Part shown: positions 21,015 through 30,092 of the stretch, one piece after another | How positions within the stretch are numbered: the stretch's first letter is position 1 | How the letters are laid out: each line of letters starts with the position of its first letter | NCBI GenBank assembly: GCA_020059395.1 | Contig: JAGVCC010000110.1 | Span: 1-53,622, forward strand | Direction: 5' to 3' | Length of the DNA stretch: 53,622 nucleotides | Origin: Chitinophagales bacterium | Lineage (GTDB): Bacteria; Bacteroidota; Bacteroidia; Chitinophagales; Chitinophagaceae | Program-made: the position numbers and the translations under genes | Notes under the pieces: model-generated | Told to the model about the DNA's origin: nothing | What the model saw: the letters and a program-made list of their open reading frames with translations, nothing else | Database searches by the model: none

Positions 21015-23618
21015 ATGAGAAAACTGTTGATAAAAATTTGTTTGCTTCTTAGTTCAAGTGTAACATATTCACAGATAACACCACAAAAACCTGTTAATGC
21101 TACAATTAACATAAACACAAAGAAAGGACATCCAATTGTGCCCGGCAGTAGCGGTTTTAATGTTCGTATTGGCGATAAAGTGTGGAGCTATAAACATCCT
21201 GATTTTATAAAAGCAGTGAATGAATTACGTCCGGGTTGGTTGCGTTACTGGAGCGGAACAGCAGGAGATGCGTTTAGTGCAGCCACTGGCATGTATGATA
21301 AAGAATACATCAATATGTTTGACAAAGGTGAAGCCTATGACAGATTATATCAGTTTGTAGAAGTGAAAGGGCCACACCGTATTATTGATTTGTATCGCTT
21401 ACTTGGAACGGTAAATGGAAAATTAGTTGTTACTGTAAATGCCTTTACTGAAACGCCTGAAATGACAGAAGAACTGGCAAGATTTTGTAAAAACAATAAT
21501 ATAAAAGTGGAATGCTGGCAGTTTTGCAACGAACCTTATTTCTATATCCCCGGAAGGCAACGTTTTTGGTGGAATGATGGATATGATTATGCTCAAAAAA
21601 TGAAACCACATGCTGATGCAATATTAAAAACATTTCCCGATGCAAAACTGGCGCTCAATTTTACTTGGGATGGTATCTGGGGTTTTATGAAAGAAATCAA
21701 AACTTATCAAAATGAAAAAGGAGCTTTTTGGAATGTTTTCAGCAAACATTCGTATGCGCCGCATACTGGCAAAGAAGAAAATTTTGAGGAAGCCTATAAA
21801 CGAATGAACACAAAACTTATTGAAGCAACAGATAAAAAAGCTATGAATGAAATAGAACAATGGACTAAAAAAGATATTCCAATGCTAATAACTGAGTTTG
21901 GTGTATGGAATCGTCCGCTAAATGGTATTATGAGTTCGTTATATAATGCGGAATATACGTTACGGCAATTATCGCATGCCAATACATGGTTAATAGGGTC
22001 GCATGAAATTAGTAATAAAATTCGCCCGGCAAAAAATCTTAATAAAGAAATTGTGAATGCTTTTGAAAAGAGTAAATCTGTAAATACACTTGCCATGCAA
22101 ACTGGTATAGAGTGGGACGATGAAGGTAAGGCACTGCGTATTGTGCACGAAGCTACTAATAATGCAAATTTTGTGTGGAATACAACTATAACAGGTGCTG
22201 CGTCTGTAGCTGGCATGAACAATAAAGAAGTAGCAGGTGTTTATGCAATGGCTTGCAAAGGCACAAATGAATATGATTACTTACTTATAAGCAACCGTAG
22301 TAGTGAATGGCATACGGTTCAATTAAATATGGATGGAGCTGCTATGAATCAGGTAATGGAACGTATGTACATTTCAGGAGAGAAAGCAGATGATAAAAAT
22401 GTAAATATTATCACAGATAAACTTTCAATTAGTGGAGTAGCTTCCATAATGCCTTACTCATTTGTGTTATTAAAATGGAAAAACAACCGCAAACAATTGC
22501 CAGAAGCTTCAAGAATATTTGAGGCTTCCGTTCTTAAAAATGGGATAGGTCTGCAATGGTGGAAGCAGCCCTCAGTCACATCTTACCTGCTAACCGTTAT
22601 CGATAATCAAACTGGTAAAAAATCAGTTAAGCAACTTACTGCCTCAAAATATATATCTACTGGCTTAGTTAAAAATCGCAGCTATAAATTTACTGTTCAA
22701 TCAAAAAATAAAAATGGTGTCAGTGCAATATCTGAATCTGTTTTGGTAGAGTATAAAATACCTGATGAGCCAAAAATATTTAAAACAGCACCAAGGGATA
22801 ATGAAATTACTGTATTCTGGAAATCGGTACCTAATGCAATGGGGTATAAAATAACTGTATCAGATGGCATTGGAGCATTTAATAAAGTGTACGATGCAGA
22901 TAATGTATTCGGTTATAAAATAAAAAACCTGGAATTTGACAAGCCATATACTATTTCTCTAAAAGCTTATAATGGGTTAGGTGAAAGCGCATCTTCATCA
23001 AATGTCATAGTTACCTGCAAACAAAATATTCCGCTGCCACCCAACAATATATCTGCTATTGAATTGAGCAATGGTAATATTGGTTTAAAATGGAATGAGC
23101 CAAAACAAAAACTGCCAGGTGTTCAATATCGTTTGTATCGTGGAGAGCAACCACACCAGTTTAATTTATTGAAAGAAGGACTGTCAGAAACTTCCTTTAC
23201 AGATGAAACAGTAACTAAAGGGAAAACATATTTTTATACCGTTAAATCATATACAGCCGATGGTGAGTGTAGTTTTTACCCCAATATTGCTACCATCATA
23301 CGCAATAATAAAAATATTATGGTAGAAGTTGAAAGCATCACCAATGTTGCAGAGGGTGTTGAAGTTAAAGTAAAATACAACAATATTCCAACTGATGGGG
23401 AATCTGAATTTGCAGTATTGCTAAGTGATGTAAGTTATTTGAATATTGAAGAAACGAAGTTTATTGCAACTAATGCTGCAAACGGAACTTTTCGGGTAAC
23501 TATTCCAAATAGTGCATTAAAAGCTAAAGCCACTTATAGTGTAAAAGCATATATACAAACCAACGGCGGAACGCCAGTTATCAGTTTGCCACCACATAAA
23601 GAATTTAAAGTGGAATAG
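21015..23618 (+). CDS. Secreted clan GH-A-like hydrolase (GH51/GH79-like barrel) with three fibronectin type III domains
   Basis: ATG at 21015 gives a signal peptide; LRYWSGT, WQFCNEP, LITEFG; three FN3 repeats with W..P...Y and Y.(F/Y).V patterns. Confidence 0.7.
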   Translation: MRKLLIKICLLLSSSVTYSQITPQKPVNATININTKKGHPIVPGSSGFNVRIGDKVWSYKHPDFIKAVNELRPGWLRYWSGTAGDAFSAATGMYDKEYINMFDKGEAYDRLYQFVEVKGPHRIIDLYRLLGTVNGKLVVTVNAFTETPEMTEELARFCKNNNIKVECWQFCNEPYFYIPGRQRFWWNDGYDYAQKMKPHADAILKTFPDAKLALNFTWDGIWGFMKEIKTYQNEKGAFWNVFSKHSYAPHTGKEENFEEAYKRMNTKLIEATDKKAMNEIEQWTKKDIPMLITEFGVWNRPLNGIMSSLYNAEYTLRQLSHANTWLIGSHEISNKIRPAKNLNKEIVNAFEKSKSVNTLAMQTGIEWDDEGKALRIVHEATNNANFVWNTTITGAASVAGMNNKEVAGVYAMACKGTNEYDYLLISNRSSEWHTVQLNMDGAAMNQVMERMYISGEKADDKNVNIITDKLSISGVASIMPYSFVLLKWKNNRKQLPEASRIFEASVLKNGIGLQWWKQPSVTSYLLTVIDNQTGKKSVKQLTASKYISTGLVKNRSYKFTVQSKNKNGVSAISESVLVEYKIPDEPKIFKTAPRDNEITVFWKSVPNAMGYKITVSDGIGAFNKVYDADNVFGYKIKNLEFDKPYTISLKAYNGLGESASSSNVIVTCKQNIPLPPNNISAIELSNGNIGLKWNEPKQKLPGVQYRLYRGEQPHQFNLLKEGLSETSFTDETVTKGKTYFYTVKSYTADGECSFYPNIATIIRNNKNIMVEVESITNVAEGVEVKVKYNNIPTDGESEFAVLLSDVSYLNIEETKFIATNAANGTFRVTIPNSALKAKATYSVKAYIQTNGGTPVISLPPHKEFKVE

Positions 23619-23747
23619 GGAAATGAAATTACGTTAGTTTGAAAAAAAAGTTTTTGAAGTAATTCTATTTTAATACAGTATTTATTCTATAAATAACTAA
23701 TTTTTTTTGCTAAATGCCATGATAAAACCCAAAAAAGAATTGCAAAA

Positions 23748-24926
23748 ATGATAAAAATACTAACTACAGTACTAGCTATTTTGCTTGTCTTTTTTTCTAT
23801 ACATGCACAAGAAATAGGAGCCAATTATAACCACAACCCAGAAATAATTGATTTCAATTACTTAAAAAAAACACCTGTAGAGTGGATACGCACAACTCCT
23901 TATATATTCGATTATATTAATGGGGAAAAGGACGTTGATACAGAAACAGGGCTACAAAATGTAATTAATGCTAAAAACAAAGGATATAAAGTGGCATTTG
24001 GTTTTCGTTGGGATTTTAAAAAGTATAAACTCAAAATTCCTGCTCCCAACTCAATCGAAGAAAAAAAATATTTTAGAGTTGCTTTACAAATAATTGAGCG
24101 GGTAGGCTCAGCTATTGACATTTTTAAATTGGGCAACGAGCCCAATGGTGAAACACTGCCTGAAGACCTTCAGAAGAATGCCGAAGGCATTGTGCCTCTG
24201 GTTCGATTTACTGAACGATTACTTACAGAGGTTGTTGAACCATACTACGCTTTACATAAAAATTTGAAGAAGCCCGATGTTTATGCTGGCTCTTTACCTC
24301 GTTTGTTTTTAAAGAAAGAGCAAATAAATCCTGGAGTAATTGGTTTAATACAATTGGCACAAGATAACTCAGGTATTAAAGGCTTATCTGTTCATCTGCA
24401 CATCGCCGATTCAACGGAGATGGATAATGCATTTGATTTTGTAAGAAGTATTATGCCTCAAAAGCCAATCATTATTCCTGAGTACTCATTATTTCGTTTG
24501 TACAATAAACATCTTACTGATGAATTGGGCGATAGTGATAATGGAAAAGTATTTGCAGCAAAATACAATTATCCGGCTTCGATGAAAACTTATCAATGGT
24601 ACAGTAAAGCCAATTCTCAAAGAGTAAGTGCAACAGAGTGGAGTGATTTTTTTGCATCACGGTATTGGTTTCCTCAACATTTTATGCAAACCTTTTATCG
24701 CTACTTTCAAAAATTTGGAGTAGTGCTGGCTACGTATGGATATATCAGTCAGTCGGCACTTAAAAAAATGGCCCCAGATTCTCCTACATGGTTTATCAAC
24801 CCAATTTTTCCTACAAAGAGTTTAAACGTACAACCCGATGGTTCTTACACGGCCAATCCTTTATGGTATGACGATTTTGTGGATATCATTAACAAAGGAA
24901 AGCTATGGAAAAAATTTTCTCAATAA
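23748..24926 (+). CDS. Secreted protein, putative clan GH-A glycoside hydrolase of unclear family
   Basis: Signal peptide; IGANYN, EWIR, FKLGNEP, SVHLH and PIIIPEYS in TIM-barrel GH-A order. Confidence 0.6.
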   Translation: MIKILTTVLAILLVFFSIHAQEIGANYNHNPEIIDFNYLKKTPVEWIRTTPYIFDYINGEKDVDTETGLQNVINAKNKGYKVAFGFRWDFKKYKLKIPAPNSIEEKKYFRVALQIIERVGSAIDIFKLGNEPNGETLPEDLQKNAEGIVPLVRFTERLLTEVVEPYYALHKNLKKPDVYAGSLPRLFLKKEQINPGVIGLIQLAQDNSGIKGLSVHLHIADSTEMDNAFDFVRSIMPQKPIIIPEYSLFRLYNKHLTDELGDSDNGKVFAAKYNYPASMKTYQWYSKANSQRVSATEWSDFFASRYWFPQHFMQTFYRYFQKFGVVLATYGYISQSALKKMAPDSPTWFINPIFPTKSLNVQPDGSYTANPLWYDDFVDIINKGKLWKKFSQ

Positions 24927-24940
24927 TAGGACTTAACAGC

Positions 24941-26473
24941 ATGCTTAAAAAAAGTAAATTACGGTTTTTGCTTTCCGCAGTTTTTTTGTGGATGCATTTG
25001 TTTGTTGTTGCACAATCATCAAAACCCAATATCGTTTTAATTTATGTAGATGATTTGGGTTACGGAGATGTCGGTTGTTACGGTGCCACAGACGTAAAAA
25101 CGCCAAACGTAGATAAACTGGCTGCTAATGGTATTTTATTTACTGATGCTCATAGCACTGCTGCCACATGCACGCCTTCCCGTTTTAGTTTGTTAACCGG
25201 TGTATATGCGTTTCGTAATAAAGCGGCTGTATTACCTGGCGATGCACCTTTATTAATTGCAACTGGTACTAAAACAGTAGCGTCAATGTTGAAACAAAAC
25301 GGCTATACAACAGGCGTAGTTGGTAAATGGCATTTAGGTTTGGGAAATGGGGTTATAAACTGGAACGGCCTAATTGCTCCCGGCCCTAACGAAATTGGGT
25401 TTGATTATTCATTTATAATTCCTGCTACAACCGACCGAGTGCCAACAGTGTTTGTAGAGAACGGGCGAGTGCCTAACATAAAGACAGATGATTCGATAAA
25501 AGTTCGGTATAATAAAATAATAGGCTGTGAACCTACTGGTTTATCGCATCCGCAATTATTAAAACAAAAGGCAGATACGCAACACAGCAATACGATCATC
25601 AACGGCATCAGCCGTATTGGTTATATGACAGGCGGAAAAACCGCAAGATGGATTGATGAAGAAATTTCATATGTTTTAAATGAAAGAGCTAAATCATTTA
25701 TTCGTTCCAATGCAAACAACCCTTTTTTTCTTTATTATCCTTTTCCCAACATTCATGTACCAAGAACACCCAATAAACAATTTATAGGCAGTACTGTAAT
25801 GGGGGCAAGGGGCGATGTAATTGCTGAAATGGATTGGATGACAGGAGAAATATTGCAACTTTTAGATTCACTTAAATTGTTAGAAAACACCGTTATCGTA
25901 TTTACCAGCGATAATGGTCCGGTGCTTAATGATGGCTACGAAGATTTTGCAGAAGAATTGCTGGACAAGCATAAGCCTGCTGGTATATTGCGTGGAGGAA
26001 AGTATAGTGCTTACGAAGCAGGAACACGTGTGCCAATGATTATTCAATGGAAAGGAAAAATTAAACATGGCAATAGTAAAGCAGTTGTGTCTCAAGTAGA
26101 CTTTTACAATACAATGGCGGCATTAATCCACTATAGTACAGCAAATAATGAAGCTACAGACAGTGAAAATCAATTGCAGGCTTGGATTGGTAAATCACAA
26201 AAAGGAAGAAAATGGTTACTGGAAGAATCTTATACGTTTTCTGTACGAAAAAGAAATTGGAAATACATACAACCGCTACAAAGTGGTACACCAAGCTGGT
26301 TGAAAAATAAAAAAGTAGCAACGGGACTTATGCCGCAACAACAATTATTTAATCTAAAAAATGATATTTCAGAGCAGCATAATTTAGCAATGGCAAAGCC
26401 AAGAACAGTAAATGAGTTAAAAGAATTACTTTCATCAATAATAAATAAATATACCGTTATAAAAAAAGATTAG
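24941..26473 (+). CDS. Cys-type S1 arylsulfatase (S1_15-like by inference)
   Basis: PNIVLIYVDDLG, ATCTPSR, GKWHLG, PATTDRVP, SDNGP; start could be 24905 or 24941. Confidence 0.93.
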   Translation: MLKKSKLRFLLSAVFLWMHLFVVAQSSKPNIVLIYVDDLGYGDVGCYGATDVKTPNVDKLAANGILFTDAHSTAATCTPSRFSLLTGVYAFRNKAAVLPGDAPLLIATGTKTVASMLKQNGYTTGVVGKWHLGLGNGVINWNGLIAPGPNEIGFDYSFIIPATTDRVPTVFVENGRVPNIKTDDSIKVRYNKIIGCEPTGLSHPQLLKQKADTQHSNTIINGISRIGYMTGGKTARWIDEEISYVLNERAKSFIRSNANNPFFLYYPFPNIHVPRTPNKQFIGSTVMGARGDVIAEMDWMTGEILQLLDSLKLLENTVIVFTSDNGPVLNDGYEDFAEELLDKHKPAGILRGGKYSAYEAGTRVPMIIQWKGKIKHGNSKAVVSQVDFYNTMAALIHYSTANNEATDSENQLQAWIGKSQKGRKWLLEESYTFSVRKRNWKYIQPLQSGTPSWLKNKKVATGLMPQQQLFNLKNDISEQHNLAMAKPRTVNELKELLSSIINKYTVIKKD

Positions 26474-26643
26474 TGTTACCCTTTTGGCATCTACGCTACC
26501 CGTAGTAATAATTGCAAAATCCGGCAGGTGAACAGAAAAGAAAGCAAAAGACTGGATATGCAAAACAGTTGTGGATTTATCACTCTAATTTTCAGCCATC
26601 AACTCATATTAATCAATTAGAAATGTTTCAGGCTACTTTATGA
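26459..26643 (+). pseudogene. 5' remnant of a secreted GH5 (GH5_13-like) hydrolase gene
   Basis: Hand translation: KKISVTLLASTLPVVIIAKSGR*TEKKAKDW/YAKQLWIYHSNFQPSTHINQLEMFQAT*; TGA at 26529, +1 frameshift at 26556. Matches the RWxxEKAxxWYxxQxW...NFxPSTAINQLEM signature. Confidence 0.8.
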
Positions 26644-26681
26644 TAATTAATACTTACGCTTTTTATAACCCAAGGTATTTT

Positions 26682-26715
26682 TTGATATTTTTTTACACCG
26701 TATTGATACGTTTTT
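26682..26715 (+). promoter_or_regulatory. Candidate HTCS operator upstream of galK (tandem direct repeat, 21-bp period)
   Basis: TTGATATTTTT at 26682 and TTGATACGTTT at 26703; 13-mer TTGATACGTTTTT shared with 5885. Confidence 0.65.
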
Positions 26716-26789
26716 ATCTTCATTGCACAGGAAATTTACATGCTTTTACAAATAAAACAGTAAAAAGCCGAATCAGTTTTAATTAGGTT

Positions 26790-27938
26790 ATGAAACAAAA
26801 AATTACAGAGCTATTTAATGGTCGTTTTAACGCAACGCCGCTCATTGTACGCTCCCCTGGCCGCATCAATATTATTGGTGAGCATACAGATTATAACAAT
26901 GGATTTGTATTGCCTGCTGCCATTGATAAGGCGGCGTATGTAGCTATGTCGGTAAGAGATGATGACGAAATTCATTTGATGGCAGCCGACCTCAACGAAA
27001 ATTTTTCCATTAACATACAGGATTTAAAGCCTGTGGGTGATATAAGCTGGCCTAATTTTATGCTGGGAGCAGCGGCACAGTTTCCAAAACGAGGTATTCC
27101 CTTGATTGGCTTTAATGCAGTATTGATGAGTGATGTGCCCATGGGTGCAGGTCTCTCATCTTCTGCCGCAATAGAATGTGCAACCACTTTTGCTTTAAAC
27201 GAATTGCTGCAAACTAAACTCGACAGGTTAGAAATGGTGAAGATGGCGCAGAAAGCCGAGCATTAATATGCAGGAATACTATGCGGTATTATGGACCAGT
27301 TTGCTTCCATGATGGGTAAGAAAGACCAATTAATAAAATTGGATTGCCGTTCATTACAATACGAATATGTGCCAGTTAAATTAAATGGGATTAAAATATT
27401 ATTATTGAATACCAATGTTAAACACTCATTGGCCTCATCAGAATATAATACACGCCGTAAAGAATGCGAACAGGGAGTGGCATGGATAAAAGAAAATGAG
27501 CAAATGGTAAATTCTTTAAGGGATGTTAGTGTATCAATGCTGGAGAAGTATGTGTTGCCTAAAGATGAATTAGTGTATAAACGTTGTCTTTTTATTGTGG
27601 AAGAAACAGAAAGACTACAAACAGTTTGTGATGATTTACTGAAAACGGATATTATTTCGCTCGGTAAAAAAATGTTTGCTACACATGATGGTTTAAGTCA
27701 TAAATACGAAGTGAGTTGCAAAGAACTTGATTTATTGATTGGTTTGGTAAGCAACGATTACAATGTAATAGGTGCAAGAATGATGGGTGGTGGTTTTGGA
27801 GGTTGCACTATCAATCTTGTAAAAGAAGAAGCTATTGAAAAATTAATTGCCGAAATAAAACCTGCTTATGAAGCAGCCACCAATTTACCCCTTACTTATT
27901 ATGTCGCATCCATTGAAAACGGAACAGAAATTATTTGA
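26790..27938 (+). pseudogene. galK: Galactokinase interrupted by a single in-frame TAA
   Basis: PGRINIIGEHTDYN, GAGLSSSAA, AEH*YAGILCGIMDQF (TAA 27264-27266, both halves in frame), GARMMGGGFGG. Confidence 0.92.
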
Positions 27939-27942
27939 TACT

Positions 27943-28983
27943 ATGTTTGATTTAAAACAACACTCACATACAAGACTGAATATTTTAACAGGTGACTGGA
28001 TATTGGTATCGCCACATAGAATGAAACGGCCCTGGCAGGGTAAGGTAGAAGATTTGGCAGAAGATGACAGACCGGCATATGACCCTGCCTGTTATTTATG
28101 CTCCGGTAATAAACGTTCAGATGGAAGCATAAATCCAGATTATACAAATGCTTTTGTTTTTACCAATGATTTTTCTTCTTTGTTAGCAGATACACCGCAA
28201 GGTGAGGTGAACCACAATGATTTATTGATGGCCAAAAGTGAAAGTGGTATTTGCCGGGTTATCTGTTTTTCGCCAGACCATAGTCTGACATTGCCATTAA
28301 TGGGTGAAGAGGCGATTGAAAATGTAATTGAACTGTGGCAAAAGGAGTTTAAGCAACTATCTGCAAATCCATCTATAAAATATATCCAGATTTTTGAAAA
28401 TAAAGGAGATGTGATGGGGTGCAGCAATCCGCATCCACATGGGCAAATATGGGCATCTTCATCCGTTCCTTTGGAATTATCAAAAGAAACAACACAGCAA
28501 AAAAAATATTTTCAACAACACGGTAAAAGTTTATTAAGTGATTATTTAAAAATTGAATTGGAGCAAAATGAAAGAATTGTTTTGGAGAATGAACACTTTG
28601 CAGCGTTGGTGCCTTTTTGGGCGGTATGGCCTTATGAAACAATGATATTGAGCAAGCGGCATATACAAAGCATTGTTCAGTTTGATGAGAACGAAAAAAA
28701 ATCATTTGCAGCCATATTGAAAAATCTTACTGCCAAATACGATAATCTTTTTAATATATCTTTTCCATACTCTGCAGGTATGCATCAGGCACCTGTAAAT
28801 GATGGCGAACATAATGAGTGGCACTGGCACATGCACTTTTATCCGCCATTGCTACGCAGTGCAACTGTAAAAAAATTTATGGTCGGTTACGAAATGCTGG
28901 CCAATCCACAAAGGGATATTACTGCGGAAATGGCCGCAACTACTTTAAAAGGGTTATCAGAAATTCATTATAAACAAAAATAG
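27943..28983 (+). CDS. galT: Galactose-1-phosphate uridylyltransferase
   Basis: SPHRMKRPWQG, CYLC, FENKG, GCSNPHPHGQIW, HFYPPLLRSATVKKF; likely start ATG at 27943. Confidence 0.97.
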   Translation: MFDLKQHSHTRLNILTGDWILVSPHRMKRPWQGKVEDLAEDDRPAYDPACYLCSGNKRSDGSINPDYTNAFVFTNDFSSLLADTPQGEVNHNDLLMAKSESGICRVICFSPDHSLTLPLMGEEAIENVIELWQKEFKQLSANPSIKYIQIFENKGDVMGCSNPHPHGQIWASSSVPLELSKETTQQKKYFQQHGKSLLSDYLKIELEQNERIVLENEHFAALVPFWAVWPYETMILSKRHIQSIVQFDENEKKSFAAILKNLTAKYDNLFNISFPYSAGMHQAPVNDGEHNEWHWHMHFYPPLLRSATVKKFMVGYEMLANPQRDITAEMAATTLKGLSEIHYKQK

Positions 28984-29545
<562 letters not shown>

Positions 29546-29551
29546 TAATTT

Positions 29552-29930
29552 ATAAGTGCTGTTATAAAGGTTTTAAAAACAACCGACTACCTGATATTTC
29601 TGGTTTATTTTTTAATAGTAGCAATTTGTGGTTTCTGGGTATCGTCGTAAAAAAGGCAAGGAAGCAAGCAGTACTGATTATTTTTTAGCATAAGGCTCGC
29701 TTACCTTGTGGACTAGTGGTGCCTTATTAATTGCTTCTAGTATTTCTGCATAGCAGTTTAATGGTATAAGTGCCAGTGGTTTTAAAATGGGGCTTGCCAT
29801 TTCAAGTAACGAATTGATGGTAGCAATAACACTTATTGTCGTGTCATTTTTTTTTGCCAGTGTATTTTAGAAATACAATATTCACCATGCCGCAATTTTT
29901 TGCACAGCAGTATAATGGAACGGTAGCAAA
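29552..29930 (+). pseudogene. 5' remnant of sodium:solute (SGLT-like sugar) symporter
   Basis: TTDYLIFLVYFLIV...TDYFLA*GSLT...LIASSISA*QFNG...GFKMGLAIS...IFTMPQF; matches the N-terminal helices of SSS sugar symporters; stops and frameshifts. Confidence 0.88.
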
Positions 29931-30059
29931 AAAAATGATTTCAGAACAGTCTTTTGTTTAGAAACACAGCATTTTCCTGATTCGCCAAATTAGCCTAACT
30001 TCCAGTCTACTATCCTTGAGAAAGCAAAGACACATAAATCAATTTGTGTTTACAGGGTT
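29931..30059 (+). pseudogene. galM: 3' remnant of aldose 1-epimerase
   Basis: FRTVFCLETQHFPDSPN*PNFQSTIL...SICVYR; CLETQHFPDSPN is the GalM C-terminal signature; TAG at 29991. Confidence 0.88.
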
Positions 30060-30092
30060 AAACAGTTTTATTTTGACAAATTTGTATGCCGA

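Noticed and set aside
26790-27938. Two-subunit split galactokinase
   Set aside because: Both halves are in one frame and the eight codons between stop and next Met encode conserved GalK sequence, which indicates a point nonsense.
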